Assembly: GCA_039930065.1 (NCBI GenBank)
Contig: JBDSPX010000110.1
Location: forward strand, 1-43,154
From: Dokdonella sp.
GTDB lineage: Bacteria; Pseudomonadota; Gammaproteobacteria; Xanthomonadales; Rhodanobacteraceae
Length of the DNA stretch: 43,154 bases
Reading direction: 5' to 3'
Shown: positions 29,371 through 37,481 of the stretch, in pieces
Layout: each line of letters begins with the position of its first letter
Numbering within the stretch: the stretch's first letter is position 1
Position numbers and translations under genes: made by a program
Notes under the pieces: generated by a model
Told to the model about the DNA's origin: nothing
Database searches by the model: none
What the model saw: the letters and a program-made list of their open reading frames with translations, nothing else

Positions 29371-29386
29371 GCTCAATCTCCCTGCG

Positions 29387-29415
29387 CCGGGTCGACCCGG
29401 TTTGCGGGCATCTTA
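29387..29415 (-). promoter_or_regulatory. Putative pilU -10 box and 5'-UTR palindrome
   Basis: TAAGAT at 29415-29410 on the minus strand; perfect palindrome CCGGGTCGACCCGG at 29387-29400, just upstream of the RBS. Confidence 0.45.
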
Positions 29416-29474
29416 CACCGCAGACAATCGTGTTGGCTGCGACCCGTCGCACAGCCGGCGGCCCGGCGCAGCGT

Positions 29475-30749
29475 TCAATCGGTGTCGATACGCGAGGTCG
29501 CGCGGGTATCCGGCATCACGGCGTAGACACAGAGGGACACCGCAATGCAGATCGTCACGTACCAGTAATAGCCGGTTTCGTGACCGATGCTCTTGAACCA
29601 TAACGCAATATATTCCGCGGTGCCGCCAAAGATCGAAACGGTCAGGGCATACGGCAAGCCGACGCCAAGGGCACGAATCTCGACCGGAAACAGCTCGGCC
29701 TTCACCACTGCGTTGATGGCCGTGTAGCCGGACACAATAATCAATGCCAGCATGATCAAGGCGAAGGCTTCAAAAGCACTATCGATCGAACCGAGCATGC
29801 TCAGAATCGGTACGGTCAGCAAGCTGCCGAGCACGCCAAAAGCAATCAGGATCGGACGTCGACCAATTCGATCCGATAGCGCGCCAACCAACGGCTGCAA
29901 CAGCATGTACAGGACCAAGGTCGATGCAGAGATCAGGGTTGCCGTCTGCCGACTCATGCCAACGCTGTTGACGAGAAACTTCAGCATGTAGGTCGTATAG
30001 GTATAAAACGCGACCGTACCGCCGAGAGTCAGCCCTATCACGGTCAGTACCGCGCGCGGATGCTGCATGAGGGCGCGCATTGAACTCGACGGTCTCGATG
30101 CAGACTTCGCCTTCGCAAAGGCCTCGGTCTCAGCCATGTTGCGACGCAGATAAAGCGCCGAGACTGCGCACAACGCTCCGATTGCAAACGGGATACGCCA
30201 GCCCCAGGCATCGATCTGCTCGGCATTCAGAAATACTTGCTGCAACAGGATCAAAACCGCCAGTGCCAGCAGTTGACCGAGGATCAACGTCACGTACTGA
30301 AAGCTCGACCAGAAGCCACGATGTTCGCGCGTGGCCATTTCGCTCAGATAGGTCGCCGAGGTTCCATATTCACCACCTACACTGAGTCCCTGAAGCAAAC
30401 GCGCGAGCACCAGCATGATTGGCGCAGCAATGCCGATCGTGGCGTAGCCCGGTGTCACTGCGATCATCAGCGATCCCGCACACATGAGGGTCACCGACAA
30501 CATCAACGCGGATTTGCGTCCGTGGCGATCAGCCCACAAACCCATCAACCAGCCACCAATCGGACGCATCAGGAAGCCGACCGCAAAAACCGCCGCGGTA
30601 TTCAGCAACTGGGCGGTGCGATCGCCCTGCGGAAAAAACGCCTTGGCGAAATACAGCGAAAACGCCGCGTAAACATACCAGTCATACCACTCGACAAGAT
30701 TGCCTACCGAGCCGCTGAAGATCGAGCGCATCCGCTGACTCGTGTTCAT
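29475..30749 (-). CDS. MFS metabolite:H+ symporter, KgtP/PcaT-like dicarboxylate permease
   Basis: GSVGNLVEWYDWYVY, FLMRPIGG, ADRHGRK, QGLSVGGEYG, WGWRIPF, SDRIGRR, VKAELFP. Start trimmed to ATG 30749. Confidence 0.92.
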   Translation of the reverse strand: MNTSQRMRSIFSGSVGNLVEWYDWYVYAAFSLYFAKAFFPQGDRTAQLLNTAAVFAVGFLMRPIGGWLMGLWADRHGRKSALMLSVTLMCAGSLMIAVTPGYATIGIAAPIMLVLARLLQGLSVGGEYGTSATYLSEMATREHRGFWSSFQYVTLILGQLLALAVLILLQQVFLNAEQIDAWGWRIPFAIGALCAVSALYLRRNMAETEAFAKAKSASRPSSSMRALMQHPRAVLTVIGLTLGGTVAFYTYTTYMLKFLVNSVGMSRQTATLISASTLVLYMLLQPLVGALSDRIGRRPILIAFGVLGSLLTVPILSMLGSIDSAFEAFALIMLALIIVSGYTAINAVVKAELFPVEIRALGVGLPYALTVSIFGGTAEYIALWFKSIGHETGYYWYVTICIAVSLCVYAVMPDTRATSRIDTD

Positions 30750-30762
30750 GGCTGTGCGGGCA

Positions 30763-31251
30763 TCAACGTCCACGATCGTTGCCCAACCTGTCCCAGAAAT
30801 GTGCCATTTCAAGATAGGTGAACGAGGCCGACCAGGTGATCAGGACAAACCCCGTCAGCGATTCGGTGCCGATCAGAAAACGCACGACGCCGACCGGCGC
30901 CAGATCACCAAAGCCCACCGTGGAATAGGTGACTGCCGAGAGATACACGGCGTCGAAAAGAAGCAGCGTCTCCGATCCGGCGATATGCCCGCAGGCCGGC
31001 CACATCAAGAGCAGCCAGCAGGTCAGTCCAAAGATCCATATTTCGATGATATGCAGAACGAGAATGGCGGAAATCGCGTAAAGCACCTTGCGTCGACGTT
31101 GGCCGCTGCGCTTGGCCAGTCTGGCCGACAGCGCGACCAGCCCTTCATAGTGAAGCAGAACCACACTCGCTACGGCAACGAACGTGGCCAGCACAACAAG
31201 TGTGTTGGCAGACCAGTTCTGATAAAGCGAAAATGCGGGCTCGGCATTCAT
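30763..31251 (-). CDS. Small potassium-channel-family (Ion_trans_2) membrane protein
   Basis: Pore-like motif AVYLSAVTYSTVGFGDLAP flanked by TMs. GAGAGG RBS; TATAAT at 31304-31299. Confidence 0.85.
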   Translation of the reverse strand: MNAEPAFSLYQNWSANTLVVLATFVAVASVVLLHYEGLVALSARLAKRSGQRRRKVLYAISAILVLHIIEIWIFGLTCWLLLMWPACGHIAGSETLLLFDAVYLSAVTYSTVGFGDLAPVGVVRFLIGTESLTGFVLITWSASFTYLEMAHFWDRLGNDRGR

Positions 31252-31339
31252 CCGATCGACACCTCTCGTCACAACGCCGCAGTTGGCGGCTAGCGGCGAT
31301 TATAGAGGCAAGCCGACCCAGCCCAATCAGCCACGCTCA

Positions 31340-31810
31340 TCAGGGAGCGGTGACCACTTCCCGATGCATTGGCGCAAGTTTCGCCAACAGCTTGTTCTGT
31401 GCGCGGAATGGAATTTTGTGCATGTCCATGGCCAATTGCAGATCTTCAACCAGCGCGTTGAATCCGCCTTCGTTGATCGAGAGCTTGGCGTGGGTCTCCT
31501 TCATGCCCTTGCCGGTGTAGCTGCAGGGTCCGCCAAGGATCACGCAGAACTGCTCGGCGAGCATGGCCTTGATGTGCTTCTGATCGGCTTCACTGAAGTA
31601 GTCACGCGTGCGCGGATCCTCGATCAACTTGACCATGAAATCCTCCATCAGCGCGTCGATGCCGGGCTTGCCGCCGAATTGCTCGAACACCGGCAGCAGG
31701 GCTGGATCCGCTGGTGCTGGATTCTCGTCAGCCCGCACCGGTGCGAGCGCCGCGGATCCGATCAGGAAAGACACAAAGAACGACACTGCAAATTTGCTGC
31801 TAACTTTCAC
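31340..31810 (-). CDS. Group 1 truncated hemoglobin with signal peptide
   Basis: FEQFGG, DPR...YF, LGGPCSYTG, proximal His in MKETH, FNALVEDL. Signal peptide ends VRA|DE. GGAG RBS before GTG 31810. Confidence 0.92.
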   Translation of the reverse strand: MKVSSKFAVSFFVSFLIGSAALAPVRADENPAPADPALLPVFEQFGGKPGIDALMEDFMVKLIEDPRTRDYFSEADQKHIKAMLAEQFCVILGGPCSYTGKGMKETHAKLSINEGGFNALVEDLQLAMDMHKIPFRAQNKLLAKLAPMHREVVTAP

Positions 31811-31830
31811 GCGCTTCTCCGCTGCTGAAT

Positions 31831-32772
31831 TCAGAATCCGACCTGCACCGAGGCATACAGCCCTCGCTGCCGATCCTTGATCACGATGTTGCCGAGATCG
31901 GCATATGCCAGGGTCAAAGAAACATGTTTCGTCGGCGCCCATGCGATGAACGCGTCAAACCAGTCATCTTCCTTGGCGATTCCGAGATTGTCCGGTTTCA
32001 TACGATACTCGGCACCGACCGCAAACTTGCGGCTGAGCAGCCACGCGACTGATCCTTCAAATTGCGGCTTGTAGCTGTCACTGCGGTCACCGCCGAATCC
32101 GAGGATGCCGATCTGGTTGGCTTTGGTATAGCGCAAAGTCACACTGGCAAGAATACTCTGACTCAGATAGAGCTTTGTCGCACTGACGTAAAAGTCGACC
32201 CCTTGATCATCTTTCGACCCGATCGCATGCAGCACATCCCCGCGATCGTTCTTCTTGAATTGCGCACCCACGGATATTTGCGGCAACCAGGAATCCTGTT
32301 CGAGCACGACGTCACCGGCTACTTTCACTTTTAGCCCGATGATGTTCTGGCGGAAAGTAAACCCGCGACCGAGGCCGAGCGCCGCACCGACATCCTCGGT
32401 ATCGAAACGTTGCTGGGCAACGGACAGTTCGATGCGATCAAGAAAGCCGATCAGAGCACCGGCACCATCCAGATGATAGTCCTGCACATTGACTCTTGTG
32501 TAGAAGGCATTGGCACCGACTTGATCGCCGGTGCCATAGCCGCCGATCACTGCCCATGGCGTCAGACCACCACCCGCTGCGCCTTCGAGCTGGCTCACGC
32601 CGCCGGTGAGGAGCAATTTGTCGCTGCCAGCAATCGTCTCGTCGGGCTGCGCGCGCTCAGCCGCAGATGGCGCCACGGCTGCCCCATCCTCGGCGAACGC
32701 AACCGCCTGCACTGCCATCGAAATCGCCAGTGCGAGCAGCACTCGCCCGCTGAATCGGCTTGCTTCATTCAT
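31831..32772 (-). CDS. DUF3034 family predicted outer-membrane beta-barrel
   Basis: LLLTGGVSQLEGAAGGGLTPWAVIGGYG, ANQIGILGFGG, GAEYRMKPDNL; signal peptide AFA|ED; C-terminal YASVQVGF beta-signal. Confidence 0.88.
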   Translation of the reverse strand: MNEASRFSGRVLLALAISMAVQAVAFAEDGAAVAPSAAERAQPDETIAGSDKLLLTGGVSQLEGAAGGGLTPWAVIGGYGTGDQVGANAFYTRVNVQDYHLDGAGALIGFLDRIELSVAQQRFDTEDVGAALGLGRGFTFRQNIIGLKVKVAGDVVLEQDSWLPQISVGAQFKKNDRGDVLHAIGSKDDQGVDFYVSATKLYLSQSILASVTLRYTKANQIGILGFGGDRSDSYKPQFEGSVAWLLSRKFAVGAEYRMKPDNLGIAKEDDWFDAFIAWAPTKHVSLTLAYADLGNIVIKDRQRGLYASVQVGF

Positions 32773-32837
32773 TGACCACGCCCCTGTTCTGTTCCAGAAA
32801 ATCCCGACAGGCGTTCTTCCCGAAAGGATTGAACCCG

Positions 32838-33965
32838 CTATTTTTTCTCTTCGCGTTTCTCGATGACTTCCTTGTAGCCGCGCAATCCGGCCAAGGCCTG
32901 ATTGAAGGCCGCAGCGATCATTGAAATGTCTCCCTTGCCAACGTCTCTTGCGACAACCTGGATGTCCCCACGCAAAACGCGATCGGACATTTCGATCAAA
33001 TTGTTGAGCGGACGCACGAGGCCACGATGGATCAGCCACCACAAAATCAAGAAGGTCAGGAGGACCAGGCAGCCCGCAATCAGCATCGGCGCACGAATCA
33101 CACTGGCGCTGACGACGCGCTCGGCAATCGGAACAACGCTGACCAGCAAACCGGTTGAAGGGGACAGAAACAACGCAGTCGCCGACGCCCGGGTGTCTCC
33201 GCTGGAGAGCTTGAGGTCGAAGTGCCTGGATTGGCCAGGATCTGCCAGCCCTCCGATCAAGACAGGCTCGGCTGCGACTGCATCGACGACCGCCTGGTGA
33301 TCCTCACTACCCAGGGTCGATGCAACCACCGACATTCCGCCTTTCGAAACTTCGATCAGGGCGAGGTCCACGCGGCCGGCTGATGCGAGCGGGGCAAGGA
33401 AGCTGTCACCGATGTCCACGCCGGTCAGCAGCAGAGCCTCGACCGTATCTCCACGCAACATGGGCGTCAGCGAGACCAGAACCAGGTGCCCTTTGTTGCC
33501 GAGCAATCCGATCGATGGCGTCGAACTCGCGCGGACCGCTGCCATCAGCGGGGTTGCCGAGAAATCCTGTTGCGAACGCAGCGATTCACCGAGCATGACG
33601 ATCGTGCGACCACGTGGATCAAGGATCGCTGCCACGTCGAAATTGAACTGGCTGCGACGCTCTTCGAGAAGATCACGGATCGATGCGGCATCGACGACGC
33701 CACCCGATTCCTCACCAGCCGACATCGCGTGTGAAACGTAGCCGACAAAACCCGGATTGCTGGCAAGGATTGCGGATTTCAGCTCAAGCTCACGCTGTCG
33801 CGAACTCTCTGCGAAACCCTGGATCGATTGCATCGATGCCAGCACATGCCCGTCAATCAAGCGCGTGACATCGCGGCTCTGCCACCAGGTCGCAGCAGCA
33901 CCGGCGACACTGACGAAAAAAATCAGGAACAGCGCCGTCCACAACGCTCGTTTCTGCATACTCAT
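32838..33965 (-). CDS. Membrane sensor (TM - periplasmic Cache-like - TM - HAMP) with no output domain
   Basis: TM1 ALWTALFLIFFVSVAGAAATWW; TM2 MLIAGCLVLLTFLILWWLI; HAMP VRPLNNLIEMSDRVLRGD...DISMIAAAFNQ; stop follows shortly after. GGGGG RBS before ATG 33965. Confidence 0.82.
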   Translation of the reverse strand: MSMQKRALWTALFLIFFVSVAGAAATWWQSRDVTRLIDGHVLASMQSIQGFAESSRQRELELKSAILASNPGFVGYVSHAMSAGEESGGVVDAASIRDLLEERRSQFNFDVAAILDPRGRTIVMLGESLRSQQDFSATPLMAAVRASSTPSIGLLGNKGHLVLVSLTPMLRGDTVEALLLTGVDIGDSFLAPLASAGRVDLALIEVSKGGMSVVASTLGSEDHQAVVDAVAAEPVLIGGLADPGQSRHFDLKLSSGDTRASATALFLSPSTGLLVSVVPIAERVVSASVIRAPMLIAGCLVLLTFLILWWLIHRGLVRPLNNLIEMSDRVLRGDIQVVARDVGKGDISMIAAAFNQALAGLRGYKEVIEKREEKK

Positions 33966-33988
33966 GGTGAAACCCCCTGACGCAATCC

Positions 33989-34990
33989 TCAGTAGGATTT
34001 GCGCTCCTTGTTCAAATGATCGACCACGCGAGGCTTGGTCAAGACGAGTTGCAGGGAAACCGGTGCCGCCAATGGCACGCTCACAACCTGCTCCTGCACG
34101 TTCGCGCGCGGATGCCAAACCATCAACTTGCCGCGGCCGCCAGGGATATTATCGAGCCTGAAATTGCCTTGCTTGTCTACAGCCACGATGTAGGGCGTAT
34201 CAACCACGAGCACATTGGCCTGCATGGCTTGATGCACGTTGCAGTTGATCAGCACCAAGCCTGTTTTCTTGAAGGTGTAATCAGCCGACTTGCCCTCGCC
34301 ATAGATGCCGAGATCGAAACTCGATTGAGGGGTCACCGAAAACACGTTGTGCAGGATCTCGTCCTGATTGGGAAAACTGATGGTACTGCCTAGAGGAATA
34401 ACCAATGAAGCAGGCTCGAACTGCTTGTTGTGGGTGTAGATGAGAAAGCGCCCGGGCTTTGCTTTTGCCTTTGCTTGATCCGGAATGAAATAGACCACGG
34501 CTTGGCCCACTTCGTCGGCAGCCAGAGCCTGTCCGCCACCTGCAATCAGTTCGAGCTTGCCCTCAATGCGCGTTGCTGCCGAGACAGGGGTTGCTTCGTT
34601 GGTCTCTGCGGATGGCGTTGCAGACACAACAGGCTTCATCGGTTTGGGTGCGGCGGGTACGGGCGGTTTTGCGTTGGCCGGCTTTTCTGTTTTCACAACC
34701 TTCGCAACTGCAGTGGGTGCAGCGGGCTTGACAACCTTCGGTGCCATTGGCTTCTCGGCTTCAATCGGCGTCGGCGAAGACGCGATCGCAGGCGCAAGAG
34801 ATTCTTCGGGCATCGTCTTTGCAGCAGGTGGCGCAGTCGGCGCTGGCGAGGGTTCTGCCCGCTCTACGAGCGGCGGTGCTGCGCTAGCGACGGGCGCCGA
34901 GGAATCACCCGCATCTGGCCGCGGAGCGGTGGCGCAGCCGGCAATAATCGCCAGCATGCCGACGACAACAAACGTTTTCTTGAGACCCAT
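33989..34990 (-). CDS. Lipoprotein with Pro/Ala-rich linker and cupredoxin-like ('methylamine utilization protein'-type) domain
   Basis: IAGC lipobox; FPNQDEILHNVFS...FDLG...CNVHQAM; C-terminal beta-sandwich with VWHPR. Confidence 0.85.
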   Translation of the reverse strand: MGLKKTFVVVGMLAIIAGCATAPRPDAGDSSAPVASAAPPLVERAEPSPAPTAPPAAKTMPEESLAPAIASSPTPIEAEKPMAPKVVKPAAPTAVAKVVKTEKPANAKPPVPAAPKPMKPVVSATPSAETNEATPVSAATRIEGKLELIAGGGQALAADEVGQAVVYFIPDQAKAKAKPGRFLIYTHNKQFEPASLVIPLGSTISFPNQDEILHNVFSVTPQSSFDLGIYGEGKSADYTFKKTGLVLINCNVHQAMQANVLVVDTPYIVAVDKQGNFRLDNIPGGRGKLMVWHPRANVQEQVVSVPLAAPVSLQLVLTKPRVVDHLNKERKSY

Positions 34991-35249
34991 GATTTCCCCC
35001 GATTGGCAAGCGAGGCCCGCACTCCGGCAGACCAGAAACGGTCTATACGTCATCGACCGCCGCTTGGATGCACCGATCGTTCCTGACCGGATTACCGCAG
35101 CTGCGCAGTCAAAAGGATGGCTTCCCGCGCACCACGGCGCTCGATTGAGCGGAAAGACTAACAGGTGTCGAAGCAAGCCTGTTCGACGCCCTATTGATTC
35201 GGCCCATAAGTCGTCCGACTTTGCGCGATAGGATCTGGTCCAACGACGA

Positions 35250-35353
35250 CCGTTCGCCCTGAGCCTGTCGAAGGGCGTTTACAACGTGCTGAGCTGCTCG
35301 GCCCACTTCCGATCATGGTTCGACAGGCTCACCACGAACGGAAGTGGGCCGAG
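35250..35353. repeat. CCGTTCG-type REP doublet with an overlapping 15-bp inverted repeat
   Basis: CCGTTCGCCCTGAGCCTGTCGAAGGG (35250-35275) and inverted CCGTTCGTGGTGAGCCTGTCGAACCATGA (35341-35313). CTCGGCCCACTTCCG (35297-35311) pairs perfectly with 35339-35353. Confidence 0.85.
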
Positions 35354-35476
35354 ATCCCGCCGACATCCCAGTACCGCCAAGAAATCAATGCCGAGACTAT
35401 TTACGGGCCGAACCAATAAAACAATTGTGACTGGCGCGACAGCCTCGCCACGGCGAAACGAATCGGCAGATAAACC

Positions 35477-35514
35477 AAAAAAAGGTCTGCTACGCCCATC
35501 GGCGATGCAGACCT
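35477..35514 (-). terminator. Rho-independent terminator
   Basis: Minus strand AGGTCTGC-at-CGCC-gatg-GGCG-ta-GCAGACCT followed by a T-run. Two more GC hairpins lie at about 35530-35576. Confidence 0.8.
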
Positions 35515-35583
35515 CGGTCAAACCACTTCGGCCCCGCTTGTTCGGGGCCCGGCACGGAATCACTCCGTGTCCGGGGATATCGA

Positions 35584-37335
35584 TTACTCGGCGCGATAGG
35601 TCCAGGCCTTCATCCAGTCGTCGCTGGCGCCGCTGAACGCGCCAGCGTAGGGAGCCGGCTCAAAGAACGAATCCTCGACCAGCCGACCTCCATTGATCAC
35701 AGGCGAGTTCGGCCTTGGCAGATAGCCGTCCAGCATCGCGTCGGCCAGCGAATTGCCGGGCTGAGCGTTGAAGAAAGCGTCTGAAGTGAACGGCGCCCCA
35801 TCGTCGGTCTTGAACGGCGTGGCGCAGTTGAGAAAGACATGATCAAGGGTAAGCGAACCGCTCAGTGCGTTCGGCAGTCCTGCGGCCGCGTAGGTCGGTG
35901 CGTTGATGATATTCAGGCACGCCTTGCCCGCCTTGTCGTATCCCTTGACGACTCCGTTGACGATGTGACCACCGGTACCTTCCTTGAAACGAATACCGTC
36001 ACCGGCCGTCGTTCCACCGATAAAGGTGAAGTTGGCAATGGTCGGCGTCGCGCGAGGCAGTGCATCCTGGTTGTCGGCCTGATTGGACGCCTCGAAGCCA
36101 TTGTCTTCGCCGAAACCCACGCCCGTCTTCGAGTAGGCGTATTGCGCCTTGCCGCTCCAACCCTCATCCCAGTCAATCGAATCATCGCCGCCTTCGGTCA
36201 CGACCAAGTGACGGAGGTTGGCGGTGCCACCGAAGAATTCGATGCCGTCATCGCCGCCGCGATAGGCCTGCAGATAATCGAGCACGGTTGCATCACCCAC
36301 CGATTGCATCGTGAAAGCATTGACCTCGCGCCCCTCGGTGAACACATAGCCGCTGTAGCGGACCTGCACGTAACGCAGGATGCCCGAGCTGTCGTGCGGA
36401 TTGTTACCGCCGTAACGCAGGCTGGGATCGAACTCGCTACGACAGTCAAATGGCGCGGTCGGACATTTGTTGTTCGGCGCGTTTCCGGAAAGGACAACAC
36501 CGCCCCAATCCTTCGGCGCCGGTTCGCGGCTACTGCTGACGCCATCGTCGGGACTGGTGAAAATGATCGGCGCATATGCCTTGCCGTCCGCAATGATGCG
36601 CGAACCGGGCTGTACATAAAGATAGTCGGAAGTGGCTCCATTGCCGGTCAGAAGCGTTCCGGGCTGGATCGTCAATACGGTTTTGTTGGTGTTGTCGCCG
36701 CCGACCTTGACGAGTCCATCAAGCACCCACGTGGTGTCGTTGGTCAGGGTCATGTTCTGGTTGATTTGGCCGCTGAGCACGCAGCTGCGCGGCTGCACAC
36801 CGGCGATCGTTCCGGCCGGGCAACCGGCGAATTTCGTCTTGTAGACACATTTGTCACCCTTCTGCGCAATTCCGGACGCCAGCGATTGGGCTGGCGTGAG
36901 GGTCTGTGAAAGCGGCTGGAATCCACTTTCGGCATTGGGTACAACGTTGATCTTGATTTCACCACAACTCTCGACGCTGACATCAAGCGTGCCGAGCACT
37001 TTCAACGTCGTCGGTTCGGACCCGGAAAACGAGCTGCCCTCAAAGGTACCAAACGCCTTTCCTGTCCAGGCGAACTCAAATTCCTTGATGTCGAAATTGG
37101 TCGTGATCCAGAACGGCTTCCCGTTTGCATCGAAGGTCGAGCCGTACAGGAACAAGACTCTTTCACCATTTTCGCGGGTGAGGACATCAACGTCCCAGCC
37201 CTTGTTTGGACGAGACGAATCTTTCCAGTTTCCAGAAAATACATCTGTGAGTGTGACGGCGGCATTCGCGGCCGCTGAGACGAGGCCTCCGACGACACAT
37301 GCTGCAAGAACAGCACCCTTGATGGTTCGATTCAT
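35584..37335 (-). CDS. Secreted protein with predicted parallel beta-helix C-terminal domain, partner of the TonB receptor
   Basis: Signal peptide ANA|AV; DWGGVVLSG, DSSGILRYVQVRYSG, DDGIEFFGG, DDSIDWDEGW, DNGFEA; C-terminal DWMKAWT. GGAG RBS before ATG 37335. Confidence 0.85.
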   Translation of the reverse strand: MNRTIKGAVLAACVVGGLVSAAANAAVTLTDVFSGNWKDSSRPNKGWDVDVLTRENGERVLFLYGSTFDANGKPFWITTNFDIKEFEFAWTGKAFGTFEGSSFSGSEPTTLKVLGTLDVSVESCGEIKINVVPNAESGFQPLSQTLTPAQSLASGIAQKGDKCVYKTKFAGCPAGTIAGVQPRSCVLSGQINQNMTLTNDTTWVLDGLVKVGGDNTNKTVLTIQPGTLLTGNGATSDYLYVQPGSRIIADGKAYAPIIFTSPDDGVSSSREPAPKDWGGVVLSGNAPNNKCPTAPFDCRSEFDPSLRYGGNNPHDSSGILRYVQVRYSGYVFTEGREVNAFTMQSVGDATVLDYLQAYRGGDDGIEFFGGTANLRHLVVTEGGDDSIDWDEGWSGKAQYAYSKTGVGFGEDNGFEASNQADNQDALPRATPTIANFTFIGGTTAGDGIRFKEGTGGHIVNGVVKGYDKAGKACLNIINAPTYAAAGLPNALSGSLTLDHVFLNCATPFKTDDGAPFTSDAFFNAQPGNSLADAMLDGYLPRPNSPVINGGRLVEDSFFEPAPYAGAFSGASDDWMKAWTYRAE

Positions 37336-37419
37336 GCTGAAGTCTCCGTTGGTATTGGACGCGTGACAGTCATCGCAATTGATGCGATGGCTACGGTCTT
37401 CAAGAATGCACAGCAGGTG

Positions 37420-37479
37420 ATGACACCGAATGGACACGCGGGTGACGATTTCGCTACAGCGATACAGAAACGATGACAG
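37420..37479 (-). promoter_or_regulatory. Pho-box-like 11-bp periodic direct repeats
   Basis: Minus strand CTGTAGC-gaaa-TCGTCAC-ccgc-GTGTCCA-ttcg-GTGTCAT (37459-37420), plus a perfect CTGTCAT at 37479-37473. Confidence 0.55.
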
Positions 37480-37481
37480 AT

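Noticed and set aside
33989-34990. Methylamine dehydrogenase (mau) pathway
   Set aside because: The family label is annotation-derived; no mauA/B/D/E/G genes are in the window.
35839-36909. 356-aa plus-strand ORF
   Set aside because: Antisense shadow of the secreted beta-helix gene.
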